The notes under the pieces were generated by a model that was not told the DNA's origin, did not search any database, and worked only from the letters and a program-made list of their open reading frames with translations. A stretch of DNA of 64,000 nucleotides from the human T2T-CHM13v2.0 reference genome, Homo sapiens. The position numbers were made by a program, and so were the translations under genes. Where the stretch lies: the NCBI RefSeq assembly GCF_009914755.1, contig NC_060932.1. One strand, written 5' to 3'. Of the stretch, positions 1-12,882 are shown piece after piece. How positions within the stretch are numbered: the first letter of the stretch is position 1; every line of letters begins with the position of its first letter.

Positions 1-1136
1 ATGCTGGCCTCGTAAAATGAGTTGGAGAGTATTCCCTCTTGTTCTATTTTTTGGAATAGTTTCAGAAGGAATGGTACCAGCTCCTCTTTGTACCTCTGGT
101 AGAATTCGGCTGTGAATCCGTCTGGTCCTGGACTTTTTTGGGTTGGTAGGCTATTTATTACTGCCTCAATTTCAGAACTTGCTATTGGTTTATTCAGGGA
201 TTGGACTTCCTCCTGGTTTAGACTTGGGAGGTTGTATGTTTCCAGGAATTTATCAGTTTCTTCTAGATTTTCTAGTTTATTTGTGTAGAGGTGTTTATAG
301 TATTCTCTGATGATAGTTTGTATTTCTGTGGGATCAGTGGTGATATCCCCTTTATCATTTTTTATTGCATCTATTTGATTCTTCTCCCTTGTCTTCTTTA
401 TTAGTCTGACTAGTGGTCTATCTCTTTTGTTGATCATTTCAAAAAACCATCTCCTGGATTCATTGATTTTTTGAAGGGTTTTTTGTGTCTCTATCTCCTT
501 CAGTTCTGCTCTGATCTTAGTTATTTCTTGTCTTCTGCTAGATTTTGAGTTTGTTTGCTATTGCTTCTCCAGTTCTTTTAATTTTGATGTTAGGGTGTCT
601 ATTTTAGATGTTTCCTGCTTTCTCTTGTGGGCAATTAGTGCTTTTATTTCCCTCTACACAGTGCTTTAAATGTGTCCCAGAGATTCTGGTATATTGTGTC
701 TTCATTCTCATTGGTTTCAAGAACATCTTTATTTCTGCCTTCATTTCATTATTTACCCAGTAGTCTTTCAAGAGCAGGTTGTTCAGTTTCCATGTATTTG
801 TGCAGTTTTGAGTGATTTTCTTAATCCTGAGTTCTAGTTTGATTGCACTGTGCTCTGAGAGACTGTTTGTTATGATTTCCATTCTTTTGCATTTGCTGAG
901 GAGTGTTTTACTTCCAATTTTGTGGTCAATTTTCTGTTTGCTTGGTAGACCTTCCTCCATCCCTTTATTTTGAGCCTATGTGTGTCTCTGCACATGAGAT
1001 GGGTCTCCTGAATACAGCACACTGATAGGTCTTGACTCTTTATCCAATTTGCCAGTCTGTAAATATTAATTGGGGCATTTAGCTCATTTACATTTAAGGT
1101 TAATATTGTTATGTGTGACTTTGATCCTATCATTGT
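1..1136 (-). pseudogene. L1 ORF2p N-terminal remnant (endonuclease domain with internal deletion and frameshifts)
   Basis: [33 protein letters not shown] jumps directly to [25 protein letters not shown]. Confidence 0.93.
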
Positions 1137-1196
1137 GATGCTGTCTGGTTGTTTTGCCTGTTAGTTCATGTAGTTTCTTCGTAGTGTCAATGTTCT

Positions 1197-2211
1197 TTAC
1201 AATTTGTCATGTTTTTGCAGCTGGTACCAGTTGTTCTTTTCCATGTTTAGTGCTTCCTTCAGGAGCTGTTGTAAGGCAGGCCTAGTGGTGACAAAATCTC
1301 TCAGCATTTGCTTATCTGTAAAGGATTTTATTTCTCCTTCATGTGTGAAGCTTAGTTTGGCTGGATATGAAATTCTGGGTTGAAAATTCTTTTCTTTAAG
1401 GATGTTGAATATTGGCCCCCACTCTCTTCTGGCTTGTACGGCTTCTGCTGGGAGATCCACTGTTAGTTTGATGGGCTTCCCTTTGTGGGTAACCTGACCT
1501 TTCTCTCTGGCTGCCCTTAACATTTTTTCCGTCATTTCAACATTGGTGAATCTGACGATTATTTGTCTTGGGGTTGCTCTTCTCGAGGAGTATCTTTGTG
1601 GTGTTCTCTGTATTTCCTGTATTTGAATGTTGGCCTTTCTTGCTAGGTTGGGGAAGTTCTTTTGGATTATACCCTGAAGAGTGTTTTCCAACTTGGTTCC
1701 ATTCTCCCCATCACTTTCAGGTACACCAGTCAAATGTAGATTTGTTTTTTTCACATAGTCCCATATTTCTTGGAGGCTTTGTTCATTCCTTTTTATTCTT
1801 TTTTTCTCTAATTTTGTCTTCTCTCTTTATTTCATTAAGTTGATCTTCAATTGCTGAGATCCTTTCTTCTGCTTGATGGATTCAGCTATTGATAGTTGTG
1901 TATGCTTCAGTAAGTTCTTGTGCTGTGTTTTTCAGCTCCATCAGGTCATTTATATTCTTCTCTACACTGATTATTCTAGTTAGCAATTCGTCCAAACTTT
2001 TTCAAAGCTTCCTTGCATTGGGTTAGAACCTGCTCCTTTAGCTCGGAGGAGTTTGTTATTACTCACCTTCTGAAGCCTAATTCTTTCACTTCATCAAACT
2101 CATTCTCTGTCCAGTTTTGTTCCCTTGCTGGTGAGGAGTTGTGATCTTTGGAGGAGAAGAGGCATTCTGGATTTTGGAATTCTCAGCCTTTTTGTGCTGG
2201 TTTCTCCCCAT
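1197..2211 (-). pseudogene. L1 ORF1p remnant (RNA-binding chaperone), disrupted
   Basis: ATG at 2211 (ATGGGGAGAAACCAG). The C-terminal 185 aa are open (NFPNLAR..IQEIQRTP..YPAKLSF..RDFVTTRPALQQLLKEAL); the N-terminal part is not in the same open frame. Confidence 0.93.
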
Positions 2212-3444
2212 CTTTGTGGATTTATCTATCTTTGGTCTTTGATGTTGGTGATCTTTGGATGGAGTCTTTGAATGGATGTGCTATTCCTTTCTGTTTGTTA
2301 GTTTTCCTTTTAACAGCCCGGCCCCTCTGCTTCCGATCTGCTGGAGTTTGATGGAGGTCCACTCCAGACCCTGTTTTCCTGGGTATCACCAGTGGAGGCT
2401 GCAGAACAGCAAAGATTGCTGCCTGTTCTTTCCTCTGGAAGCTTCATCCCAGAGGGGAACCTGCCAGATGCCAACCAGAGCTCTCCTGTATGAGGTGTCT
2501 GTCAGCCCCTAATGGGAGATGTCTCCCAGTCAGTACACACAGGGGTCAGGGACTCACTTGAGGAGGCAGTCTGACTCTTAGCAGAGCTCGAACACTGTGC
2601 TGGGAGGTCTGCTGCTCTCTTCAGAGCCATCAGTCAGGGACGTTTAAGTCTGCTGTAAATCCCGGAATGGGGCTGCTGCCTTTTTTTCAGAGATGTCCTG
2701 CCCAGAGAAGAGAAATCTGGCAGTCTGGCCACAGCAGCCTTGCTGAGCTGCAGTGGGCTCCACCCAGTTCGACATTCCCAATGGCTTTGTTTACACTGTG
2801 AGTGTAAAACCACCTACTCAAGCCTCAGCAATGGCGGATGCCCATCCCCCCACCAAGCTGGAGCATCCCAGGTGGATCTCAGACTACTGCTGTGCTGCCA
2901 GTGATAATTTCAAGCCTGTAGATCTTAGTTTCCTGGGCTCCGTGGGGGTGGGACCCGCTGAGCCAGACCACTTGGCTCCCTGGTTCAGCACCCCTTTCCA
3001 GGGGAGTGAACGGTTCTGTCTCGCTGGCATTCCAGGTGCCACTGGGGTATTGAAAAAAAAAGAACTCTTGCAGATAGTTCGGTGTCTGCCCAAATGGCCA
3101 CCCAGTTTTGTGCTTGAAACCCAGGGCCCTGGTGTGGTAGGAACCAGAGGGGATCTCCTGGTTTGCATGTTGCGAAGACCGTCGGACAAGCACAGCATCT
3201 GTGCCAGAGTTCCTCAGGCTCAGTCCCTCATGGCTTCCCTTGGGTAGGGGAAAAAATTCCCTGACCCCTTGTGCTTCCCAGGTGATGCGACGCCCCACCC
3301 TGCTTTGGCTCACCCCCCATGGGCTGCACCCATTGTCCCACCAGTCCCAATGAGATGAACTGGGTACCTCAGTTGGAAATGCAGAAATCACCCGTCTTCT
3401 GTGTTGATGTTGCTAGGAGCTGCAGACTGGAGCTGTTCCTATTC

Positions 3445-3454
3445 GGCCATCTTG
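3445..3454 (-). promoter_or_regulatory. YY1 site of the L1 internal promoter
   Basis: CAAGATGGCC on the minus strand at the canonical position near the L1 5' end. Confidence 0.75.
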
Positions 3455-3465
3455 CCAGCAATCGA

Positions 3466-4161
3466 TTATTTTTTTTTTAATATGACACCAAAAGCTCAGG
3501 CAACTAAAGCACAAATAAAGGATTAGGACTGTATCAAACTAAAAAGCTGTTGTATCAAACTAAAAAGCTGTTGTACAGCAAAACATGCAATCAATAAAAT
3601 CAAAAGGCAGCCTATGGACTGGGAGAAAATATTTGCAATATATATCTGATAAGTGTTTCAGAGTATGTAAGGAACTCTAACAACTTAATAGCAAAAACCC
3701 AAAATAATATAATTTAAAAATGGGCAAAAGACTTGAATAGACATTTTTTCCAAAGACAATATAAAAATGGCCAACAGTTATATAAAAAGATGCTCATCAT
3801 CACTAGTTATCAGGGAAGTGCATATCAAAGCCACAATGAGGTATCACTTCACTCCTGTTAGATTGGCTATTATCAAATAAGCCAGAGATAACAAATTCTG
3901 GTGAGGGTGAAGGGAAAAGAGAACACTTGTACCTTGTTGGTGGTAATGTAAATTGGTACAGCTGTTATGGAAAACAGTATGGAGTTTCTTTATACTGTTC
4001 ATCAAATTAAAAATAGAACTGCCATATGACTCTGGATATATATGCAAAGCACCTCAAAGATATCTGCCTTTGTATGTTCATTGTAGCATTTTTCACAATA
4101 GCAGAAACATGGAAACAACCCATGTGTCCACTGACAAATGAAAAAAGAAAATGTGAGATAT

Positions 4162-4207
<46 letters not shown>

Positions 4208-4655
4208 GTGATACATACACGCATATATGCATACACAGTGAAATGTTATTCAGCCTTTTAAAAGAGGGAAATTCTGCTATTTGCAACAGCCTGGGTGAAC
4301 CTGGAGGAGGTTATGCTAAGTGAAATAAGCCAGAAACAGAAATAAAAAATACTGCATGATCTTACTTATATGTGGAGTCCATAAAAAAGTAGAATGCATA
4401 GAAACAGAGGGTTAGAATGGAGCCTACCAGGGGAGGGAGAGGGGGAGAAAATTGGCAGATGTTGACAAAAAGGTACGAACTTTAAGATAAGTAGGAGGAA
4501 TAACTCTAGAGATCTAATGTACACTGTGATGACTAGAAGGTCCCATGGAAGGTGATAGATAGGATAAATTTCTTGACTGTAGTAATCATTTCACTATGTG
4601 TATATATATCGAAACATCCTGTTGTACACCTTAAATATTTATAATTAAAACAGAA
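3466..4655 (+). mobile_element. Older LINE-1 (L1MA/L1MB-like), ORF2 3' end plus 3'UTR
   Basis: tatgacaccaaaagc..., aaatgggcaaaagacttgaatagaca, tatgctaagtgaaataagccag, agatctaatgtac...gttgtacaccttaaata. Confidence 0.9.
4164..4205 (+). repeat. (CA)n microsatellite
   Basis: About 21 uninterrupted CA units. Confidence 0.97.
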
Positions 4656-6944
4656 AAAGTAGACATATATAAAAGAAAACTAATTGTGTTCATATGTATA
4701 TATTTTCCTTCCAAATTTTTATAATTTCTAAGGTAAAATTAGAATTATGGTTTGATTTTCATGAGGTCATCAGCTCTTTTTAAAAGTCTGTACTTTCAGT
4801 CATTTATTAAAATTTTGCTTAATAAGATACAATTTGGGGATTTAAGAATCAAATACAAATTCAGCCTTTTTCATTTCTATAGATGTCTATTTATGATAGG
4901 AAACAATGATAGTAACTTTTGAAAAAGACTTTAAGTTCAAAGTTCAATAAGCATGATAAATATATAAGCATGATAACATAGGCATGATAAATAAAGAGAG
5001 AATTAGAGAGCTTCATGTGTATATCCCATATCTGGATGAGTTTACTATCCATGAATTGATGGCATAGTCCTTAGCAGGCAACAGGCAATAAGAACAAATA
5101 TTGTCTCATATCCTTCTTGACTAATCAAACTCTTATGGTAAACTGTGTAGTCATGAGATTATACACAAGTCATTGTAAATCAAGTGGAATAAAATAAGCG
5201 GTGAGGTAACTTAATCCAGAAAATCTCCTGGCTTTTCTTTGAACCATGATCAACAAATTCTGGTAATTATAATTTAGGCAATTCATGTACTTAGATGAAA
5301 ACTAATAAAGAAATATTTCCCAGTATCATTGCATTGTTAGAAAAAAGTTTCCATGTTTATTAACAGTATAAGAAAATTTAAAAGATTGAAGATATATTGA
5401 TGTTTCTATTAATAACATATTCTAAAAATATTTATTAGGCTTTCATTATAAGGAATGTAGGTGCATTCTTATTTGAACACCAAGGTTGACCTCAACCCAA
5501 TGACACTTGTCAACTTTGAAAGTGAAGAGGGTAAAAATGCCTGGATTTCCGTGGCGATTTAACTGACCCTTTTCATCAGTTCTTATTCTTGTGGATTTGT
5601 AGTTCAAAGAAAGGTCCATAGTTTAGCCCACTACGAAGTACTATATGCTCCAACCCATGTGAACTGCACCAAACATTTACCTAGCTTTAGTGGATTTCTT
5701 TTGCATCCTGAAGAAACCTCGGATACTTAGTTAATGTTTCCTACATTTTGATTTGATTTTTTTCTCCTAGTTTTCCTGATGTATGATCTATATCTCCATA
5801 TGTTTATATTTTGTCAACACAAGCTATAAAAAGACTAGCAAAATTAAGGGCAGAATAAAGTCAATTATCCAAATAATACAAATCAAGATAATTTCACCTT
5901 CAATCTGCAACTTGTTATTAACAAAAGTTTGATCTTCCTATTTTTTTCCCTCAGAGTATTTTTAAATCAAGTCAAAGTGTTGGTCACCAGAGTATAATAC
6001 TGTAATAATATCATCAACAACATATAAAATTCTTGTATGCTTTTTATTCTACTCTTTCTACCTATAGATGGTTATGTTTGCGTAAGTTTGCATTAGGTCA
6101 TGTAATATTTGTATAGATTTTTAAAATTATCTAAATTTAATTCAACACCGGTTGAAAAAGTACCATGAGATCTTGTTTTGTAGTCTTAACTGTAGCACGT
6201 AAATCTGTTCTGCAGACCATAACAGCAGCAATGTAATGAAGATGCTTGCTAGCATCAGTCATGATGGCAAGGAATTAGAAGGGAGTGGCTCATTTGGGCA
6301 ACATACTTCCCTTGGGTCTGAAGCTGATTGATATAAGGCTTATAGCTATTAGGTCTTATCGCCTTCAATGACAGAATTGGCTAGAGGCCCAGACCAAGAT
6401 CATTTCATTGGATGAGTGATTATTAATTCTAAAGATAATATAAATCAAAGGATTTAAAAATGGGGCTGTTATATTCATCACAACTGGAATCTTTGACAAA
6501 TTTAATAGCTCCCATCTTGCCAGCACAGGCAGACTGACCCATGTTAATGCTGTGTAGGATTTCAATAGAAGAAAAGGCTCAGGCTAACAGGATCACCAAC
6601 CTCTGTGGCTCAGACTCCAGGCAAGGTCGATGTAACATAATCTGGGAGCCACCAGATGTCGTACATACATTGTTCATTATTTGACTTCTTCAAGTACATG
6701 TAGTAAGTGGTGGAAAGAGAAAGAATTGCTGCAGCTGTTAAGAAGATTATGTCCAGAGCAGTGTTGAGTTTACTGATAAAATTTACTTCCTCTAACATTG
6801 TACATGCAGTTTAGAAAAGAACTGCTACCTCATTCATGGGAAACATTTTAGTTAACTTGAAATGTGCTAATTATTTGTATGATGGTTTAATTTCCCTGAA
6901 CATACTGTTTTTATTTTAAATTGCCTCTCAAGTTGACTTTGTTT

Positions 6945-7100
6945 TTTATTCATTCAGTCCACAAATCCTGACTGAGTGTTTTCTATTTAACCATCACTTG
7001 TTAGGTGCTGGGGATACAAAGGTAAATAAGACTTTCCCTGTCCTCAAGGATCATACAGTTCAGGCAGTGAGTTAGAGAGAAATAAGCCAACTAACAGAGC
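6945..7100 (-). mobile_element. L2 LINE 3' end fragment
   Basis: ttattcattcag...taggtgctggggatacaaaggtaaataagac...cctgtcctcaagga matches the reverse complement of the L2 3' end. Confidence 0.75.
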
Positions 7101-7110
7101 ACAGCTATGA

Positions 7111-7535
7111 TGTGGTCCTAAGTTACATTCTCAGAAAGCAGACACTGAGATGGAGTTTGGGGTGCAAGATGTTTATTAGGGTTAAACACCTGTGAAAAGA
7201 TGGGGGTGGAAATAGAAATGGGCAGGGAGGAAAGTTAAAATGTGCTGCAGGTCTGCCAAAGCACTGGGCAACATGGTGGGACTTCTGGGGCAAGTATTGC
7301 CCATTAGAGCTGTCCCACGTCAGCCTGGGCCTTTAAATCTTTGTCTCACTCAGTGGCTAGATGTGGGCTGCCCGAGGAAGGCATGACCTTGGGTGAGGCT
7401 GAGGTCACTCTTTGTAGCTGAGGCAGACCCTGAAGCTGACATTTGAAGGCTGCCTCATGACCACACTTCCTATAAGCTCAGAAGCAAGTCCTTTCTTATA
7501 GGGAATTTTGGGTAGTGCATTACAGTATAGATCAC
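7111..7535 (-). mobile_element. LTR16-family (ERVL) solo LTR
   Basis: agaaagcagacactgagatggagtttggggtgcaagatgtttatt...gatgtgggctgccc..gaaggcatgaccttgggtgagg...agctgaggcag. Confidence 0.8.
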
Positions 7536-7629
7536 ATACACATAGGATGCTATGAAACCCTAGAGGAAGGTTACAAAGCAGCCTCAGGGAGTAGATCATA
7601 GATAGTGAATCCACAATGAATCTTAAAAA

Positions 7630-7860
7630 TAACAATAATAATAGCTAAGATTTATTGGATTATTACCACATGCCAAGTATAATACTAAATCCTTGACATG
7701 GATTATCTCATTTAATATTTCCCACAAACCTAGGAGATAGATAAGTAACTACCATTCTCAGGTTACAAATGAAGCTATAGCAGTTTAAAGATTAAGCAAC
7801 TTGTCAAAGGTTACACAGTTGGATTCAATCCTAGGCTCTAATGGCTTCAAGACCCATTGC
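7630..7860 (-). mobile_element. MIR SINE
   Basis: aataatagctaagatttattg...catggattatctcatttaat...ttaagcaacttgtcaaaggttacacag. Confidence 0.8.
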
Positions 7861-9653
7861 ATAAAGATATGAACTGTTTAGCGAAGTTCTTGACATAGAG
7901 TGCAAATGTAATAAATATTTGGTGAAGGAAGAGGAAGGGAAAGGAGGGAAGGAGAGGGGTTGAGGGAAGAAGGAAGAAAAATAAGAAGGAAAGAAGTTAC
8001 CTTTAAATAACTGCAAGAAGATGGATATGGTCAGATGGGTGACTCCCAAGCCCTATTAAGATGCTCTCAAATTTTTCCTTAAAAAATTGAATGACTATTA
8101 AGCATGTTGTTTTTGTTCTCTGTATGAGAAGATACTCCTTCTGAGATTATTTCCTCCCATCTTCTGGTTTTTAAAGATATATATGTGATTAATCTTCTCC
8201 AATATATCAGAATTATTCTATTGCATTGGTATTGTTTACAGAGGTCTTTGCATCTTATCAAACTACCTAATTGTCTTAGGGACCGCATGATTCCTGGCTC
8301 AAAAAGATTGTCATCATTCCTACAACATTATAATAGGGTGTCTACTAGATTGACTTCCTAGAATTTGATGGTCAGGTAATTTCAGCTTCTACTTTTGTGA
8401 TGCTTTTCCAGCACTCTCCCTTTCTATACATTTTATATTCATCCATCTATCTTATCTACCATCCAGCAGCACTTGTCTTTTGTTCAGTTACTAAGTCCAA
8501 TGGACATGTGTTTCTGTAAGCCACAAGCCGGATTTCAGAAATATTAGAATAGCTAGGTTCTTGGCCATTCTGTTTTTCCTTAAACATAAAATATTGTTAA
8601 GAGTTATTTAAAAGACTACATATGATGCTACTTATGATACCAGTGTCAGCCTATTGGTACTTTTAATTTCCTATAAGACTTTGTCTTTTAATCTCATATA
8701 AGTGTTTGAAGGTCTTGTTGATTAGATATTCTACTTTCTGTCTGTATTTTAACTTATGTAGCCCTATTTTAAAGCCCATTCTTCATGGTTTCTGGAGCCA
8801 AGAACAGTACCACCTATAAATAGAGCCTTGTATTTACAGACACCGTAGCAGAAAAAGAATGATAAAATAGAAGAGGTGGGTGACACTATAATTCCTTTTT
8901 ACATGAGTTTGGAAAAGATGGCAGGTCAGAAAAATCAATTCTGATGATAGGCCTCTGGAACCCAGACTTCCAGCAGTGCTTCAAACTACCAACAGAAATC
9001 CAATTTTTTTACTTTATAAGAATCTGTAAAATATAAAGTCATAGAAGCTGAGACATCTCTGATCAGCAAATGCTATAGCCCCAATCAAGACCCTGTGGAT
9101 GTTCTATTTTCTTCTGAATACAAGTGACCTGGACTGGTACCAGCATGATGTCCTGGGCCAGGACATTTGGGATGATATGGGAAACAAGATCAGAATAGAG
9201 AGTATTGAAGGAAGCATGTGCTTAGCATCAAGTCCAAGGTTTAGTGAGTGTTAATAGAGAAGAAAGAGGGGATCAAGTACAGATATCAAAATGGTGTTGA
9301 CCAAGGAAGAGGGAGGAGATGGGTTGAAAAATTCAGGACATAGATGGTTAATAAAGGCAAGATTTGGGGAGTATCTCCCATCTAGTTCAAGGAAGGGTTG
9401 GCTTAACCACATGTGCAGTTGGTAGTGGCTGTGGAGAGTGGTGCTGTTGTTGGCAGTATGGGGAGTTGGAGATGAAGGGAGCTATGTGATCTCGGAAGGA
9501 ACATTCTACTTATTTTTTGTTTTTTTGTCTGAGGCTAGTCCTGAGTCTTACATATACTTATATATGTTAATATAACAGTGATTTCCAAAGTACCTTTTAC
9601 TTGATCAGTGGGCAAAATCCTGTATGAAGCCCCAGTGCATAAAAAATAGAAGC

Positions 9654-9890
9654 AATAAGTTCTACAATTCTATAGCAGAGTAAAGTGGCAATATTGAACA
9701 ATTATTTGTTGTATATATCAAAATAGTTGAAAGAAATGATTTGAAATGTTCCCAACACAAATAGATGATAAATGTTTTGAAGTAATGGATATCCTAAATA
9801 CTCTGATTTGATCATTATGTATTTGTATACATCTATCAAAATATATATACCTCATAAATATATATAATTATCATGTATCAATTTTTAAAA
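9654..9890 (+). mobile_element. L1MA-type 3' end fragment
   Basis: tttgaaatgttcccaacacaaa..gataaatgtt..atggatatcctaaatactctgatttgatcatta...cataaatatatataattat. Confidence 0.85.
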
Positions 9891-10159
9891 AGCAGAGCTT
9901 CCCTGGTTGAAGTAGGTGGCAGTTGGTACCAATGGGGGACCTTAAGAAGGAGCTGTTAGGAGTTTCTACAAGTTTAATGGTGTTTGAGAGGATACGTGGG
10001 ATGAAGGCACAGCCCTTGATTCAAATTAAAATATAGAATATTTTCGTATGGATATTTTGCATGTGTTAATAGTTGAATGTGTAGTTATTTTACACTTAAA
10101 GTCATTTTAGTTTAATGTAATTAACTAAATTTAACTTTTGGTATTATTAGGTCATTTAT

Positions 10160-10390
10160 GGTATAATACGTAGATTGAAATTAACTCTAAATCCAGACTG
10201 CCTGGGATTTTGTTCCATTTACATTGCTTACCTTGAACAAACTCCCTATTCTTTCTGTTTCAGTTTTCTCACTAGCAAAACTGCATCTACCTTATAGGTA
10301 CTATCATGAGGATTAAACAAATTAATACATTTAAAACACTTAGAATGGTCCCTGGTATATGGTATGTGTTATATCAATATTTTTTATTTT
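10160..10390 (+). mobile_element. MIR SINE
   Basis: ccagactgcctggg...tcagttttctc...taccttatagg...tgaggattaaa...aaaacacttagaatgg. Confidence 0.8.
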
Positions 10391-12069
10391 GTCATGAATT
10401 TTGTGTACCTTCCATTTGCAAACAGATTGCATACTTCTTGGAGTCAGAGGCATTATTTCTGTCTCTTTTTATCTTGACTGATTGGAATACTGTTTAGCAT
10501 GTAGTTCAGGAAAGTAATGAATTAATTAACCAACTATGAAGTGAGTAATTAGTCTCATACAAAAGCACCCTTAGGGGTTGAAAGCATGATAATGAATAAA
10601 ACAGTGCTTTTGAAAAACTTGCAGATTAATGACCTAAATTAAGTAAATCAAGGAAAATATAATTAAATGCAGTTAATTAAACATAATTTAATGCAAAATA
10701 ATTTAGTAAAATATCTGTCCTAGAGGTATGACAAAAAATTTTTTAGGAGAGCAGATAGTTAGGTTGATTTTCTTTTCCTTTGGTAACAGCATCCGGAATT
10801 GTATTTGAGTTAAAATTTGAAGGGTGCATTATTAGAGTTTCCTAGTTCTAAAAGTGACAGACATTGTTCCCAAAGGGATAAAGGCATAGAGGCAAAATGA
10901 AAAACCACCCACAACAGGATATTTGAAAATAGCAAATAGGCCTTTGGATCCTGAAGGAGGGAGAAGATGTGACTTAGGCAAGACATAATGGTAAGCAGGA
11001 ACCCGAATGCAGAAAGCCAAGTATGCCATTTAAGATTCAGGACTTAATCCTGTAGGAATTGAGAAACTGAAGGTTTCTGTGAATAAATATTTGTGGATAC
11101 TGACAATGTCTATTCTGGATTAGACAATACTGTGAAGCTCCCTTTGGGGTTTTGGGGTCTTTATATGCACATACTTTTTTAAAAAATGAAAAACTAAAAA
11201 TAAATAACTTTGCTCTTTAGTGGTTCCAACTAAGCATCCTTGAAGGCCACTCCAAATAACAGAGAGAGTATGCATTTTGAACTTTTCCAGGTTTAATTTG
11301 GAAATCATGTTTTTCTGTAGAGAAATTAGATTTTTCTTTTCAAATAGTAAAATGCCAGAATCGTAATTATGGGAAGTTTTCACTTGGACAGAAACTATAC
11401 TGTTCATAGTGTACTGTAATTTTGTAGAAGGAATAACAAGAGCTGAACTTGTCCATAACACATTCTTTCTTTACATTTACGAGGATGAGAATGGTCAAAG
11501 TACATAAGGTAGCCTATGTGAGACTCTGCTTATGAAGAGACTCATATAGTCTCTTCCTTTTGTACCTTTCTTTCTTTATCTTTAGCACTGGTTTATGTCT
11601 TTATTGTTTCATTAGATATTTTATGACCTTAGGTTTCTTTTTTTTATGCTTAACCTATAGTAAAAATTCAGTAATAGTAGTTACATAAGTGAATAACATA
11701 CTCTTACATTCCATACCAACTAATATAAAATCCATGACAAATAATATATTTATCAATTACATATGGAAATAAAATATCTTACCAAATCTCCATCCCTTGA
11801 ATATTATGATTATAGAGGAACAGGGTGTCTTCCATCTTGAGATCACCTGAACGCCTTTCTTGTCCTTCTTGCTGCTTTCAATGCTAATGATCTCACAGCC
11901 CTTCTGGGACCCATGCTCCTGGACCCTGGAAATGGGTCACTTTCTCAAAGTTGACCTCTAACAAGTAACATGCTCTGATTAATAGGAAAGCAAAAGAAAG
12001 AAAACAAAATAAAACCTCTACTTTTGTCAGGGCATCAGCATTTTCCAACTAAGAATATTACCTTATGTC

Positions 12070-12260
12070 GAAAAGCACATGGTTTTCAGAATTAGATCTG
12101 GGTTCAGAATTGGGCTCCAATTTTTATGTGACCAAGCTTGTGAACTTGGGCAATTTACTTTCCCAGCCACAAAATGAGGACTAGTAATATCTACCTCCCA
12201 GAGTTGTTTTGAAGATTAAAGAGAAAAAAAAATATGGGAGCTCTAGGCATAGTGAGCATT
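12070..12260 (+). mobile_element. MIR SINE
   Basis: agatctgggttc...tgtgaacttgggcaatttactt...aaaatgagga.tagtaatatctacctc.cagagttgttttgaagattaaa. Confidence 0.75.
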
Positions 12261-12261
12261 G

Positions 12262-12882
12262 TCTGTTACAAATAGAATGAATCCAGTAGACCCTGTCTGT
12301 ATACCCAGACCACCACTTTATCCACCTCCTGACTTCTGAAAGCCTCCCCTTTTCCGGAGATTTGAATCATGAAACTTGCCTAGAAATCGTATTTAAATAA
12401 TAGGTGATTGGTCTATGACAGATTACATTGAGAATTATGATAGACCTTTCCAGTATAAGAAGCACTTTTTCCTGTGGTTCTGTGGCTGAGATAGCCCTAT
12501 TCACTCCACTCATCAATTACAAGAGTAGTCATGACCTCCATATCCAATCAATCCGAGTATTTCTCCCTTTAGCTAAAGAGATGGGTTAAGGAATGGACAA
12601 GTGGCATGTAATCTCAGTCAGAACACTTCTTCTCTAGCTTTTCACCATAAATATTAGTGAAACTATTACTCTCCATTGGGCTTGATAAGTTGGCAGGATA
12701 TAGGTCAGCCATCTTGCCTACCACAAAAAAGAGAATTGTCTGAAGGAGAGAGACTCATATAGCATTATTTCACTACAGATATTCCAGTAGCCATTTTTAT
12801 TCCTAGTCTTCATCATTTTATTCTTCATCTGTTTTGAGATGGGTTTCTGTTATTTGCAAAGAAAAGAATTCTGAAAATACAC
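12262..12882 (+). mobile_element. Old ERVL/MaLR-class LTR (LTR33/MLT1-like); left boundary approximate
   Basis: cagccatcttgcc..ccac and 3' end tttgagatgggtttctgttatttgcaa..aaaagaattctga..ataca. Confidence 0.55.

Larger units (their letters stand above)
1..3465 (-). mobile_element. LINE-1, L1PA6-L1PA8-like: complete 5'UTR, ORF1 and 5' part of ORF2; runs off the left edge
   Basis: Minus strand begins GATTGCTGGCAAGATGGCCGAATAGGAACAGCTCCAG (L1PA 5' terminus). The 5'UTR is ~1.25 kb and is followed by recognisable ORF1p and ORF2p translations. Confidence 0.97.

Noticed and set aside
2753-3391. 164-170 aa ORFs
   Set aside because: Frames within the L1 5'UTR; I cannot confirm identity with L1 ORF0.
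6365-6565. Minus-strand ORF containing APFLNPLIY, similar to olfactory receptor/GPCR TM7
   Set aside because: No upstream KAFSTC, MAYDRY or other transmembrane motifs were seen, and the frame is only 66 aa. Likely chance; tblastn would settle it.
5580-6684. Possible plus-strand exons (5580-5730 after ctgacccttttcatcag; 6558-6684 encoding ISIEEKAQANRITNLCGSDS...)
   Set aside because: Acceptor-like signals exist, but I recognise no protein and no consistent exon chain. RNA-seq or conservation data are needed.
11534-11556. 9-bp hairpin gaagagact-catat-agtctcttc
   Set aside because: Stems of this length are expected by chance in 64 kb.
11850-11975. Minus-strand exon candidate after a strong polypyrimidine tract
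   Set aside because: No convincing donor and no recognisable product.
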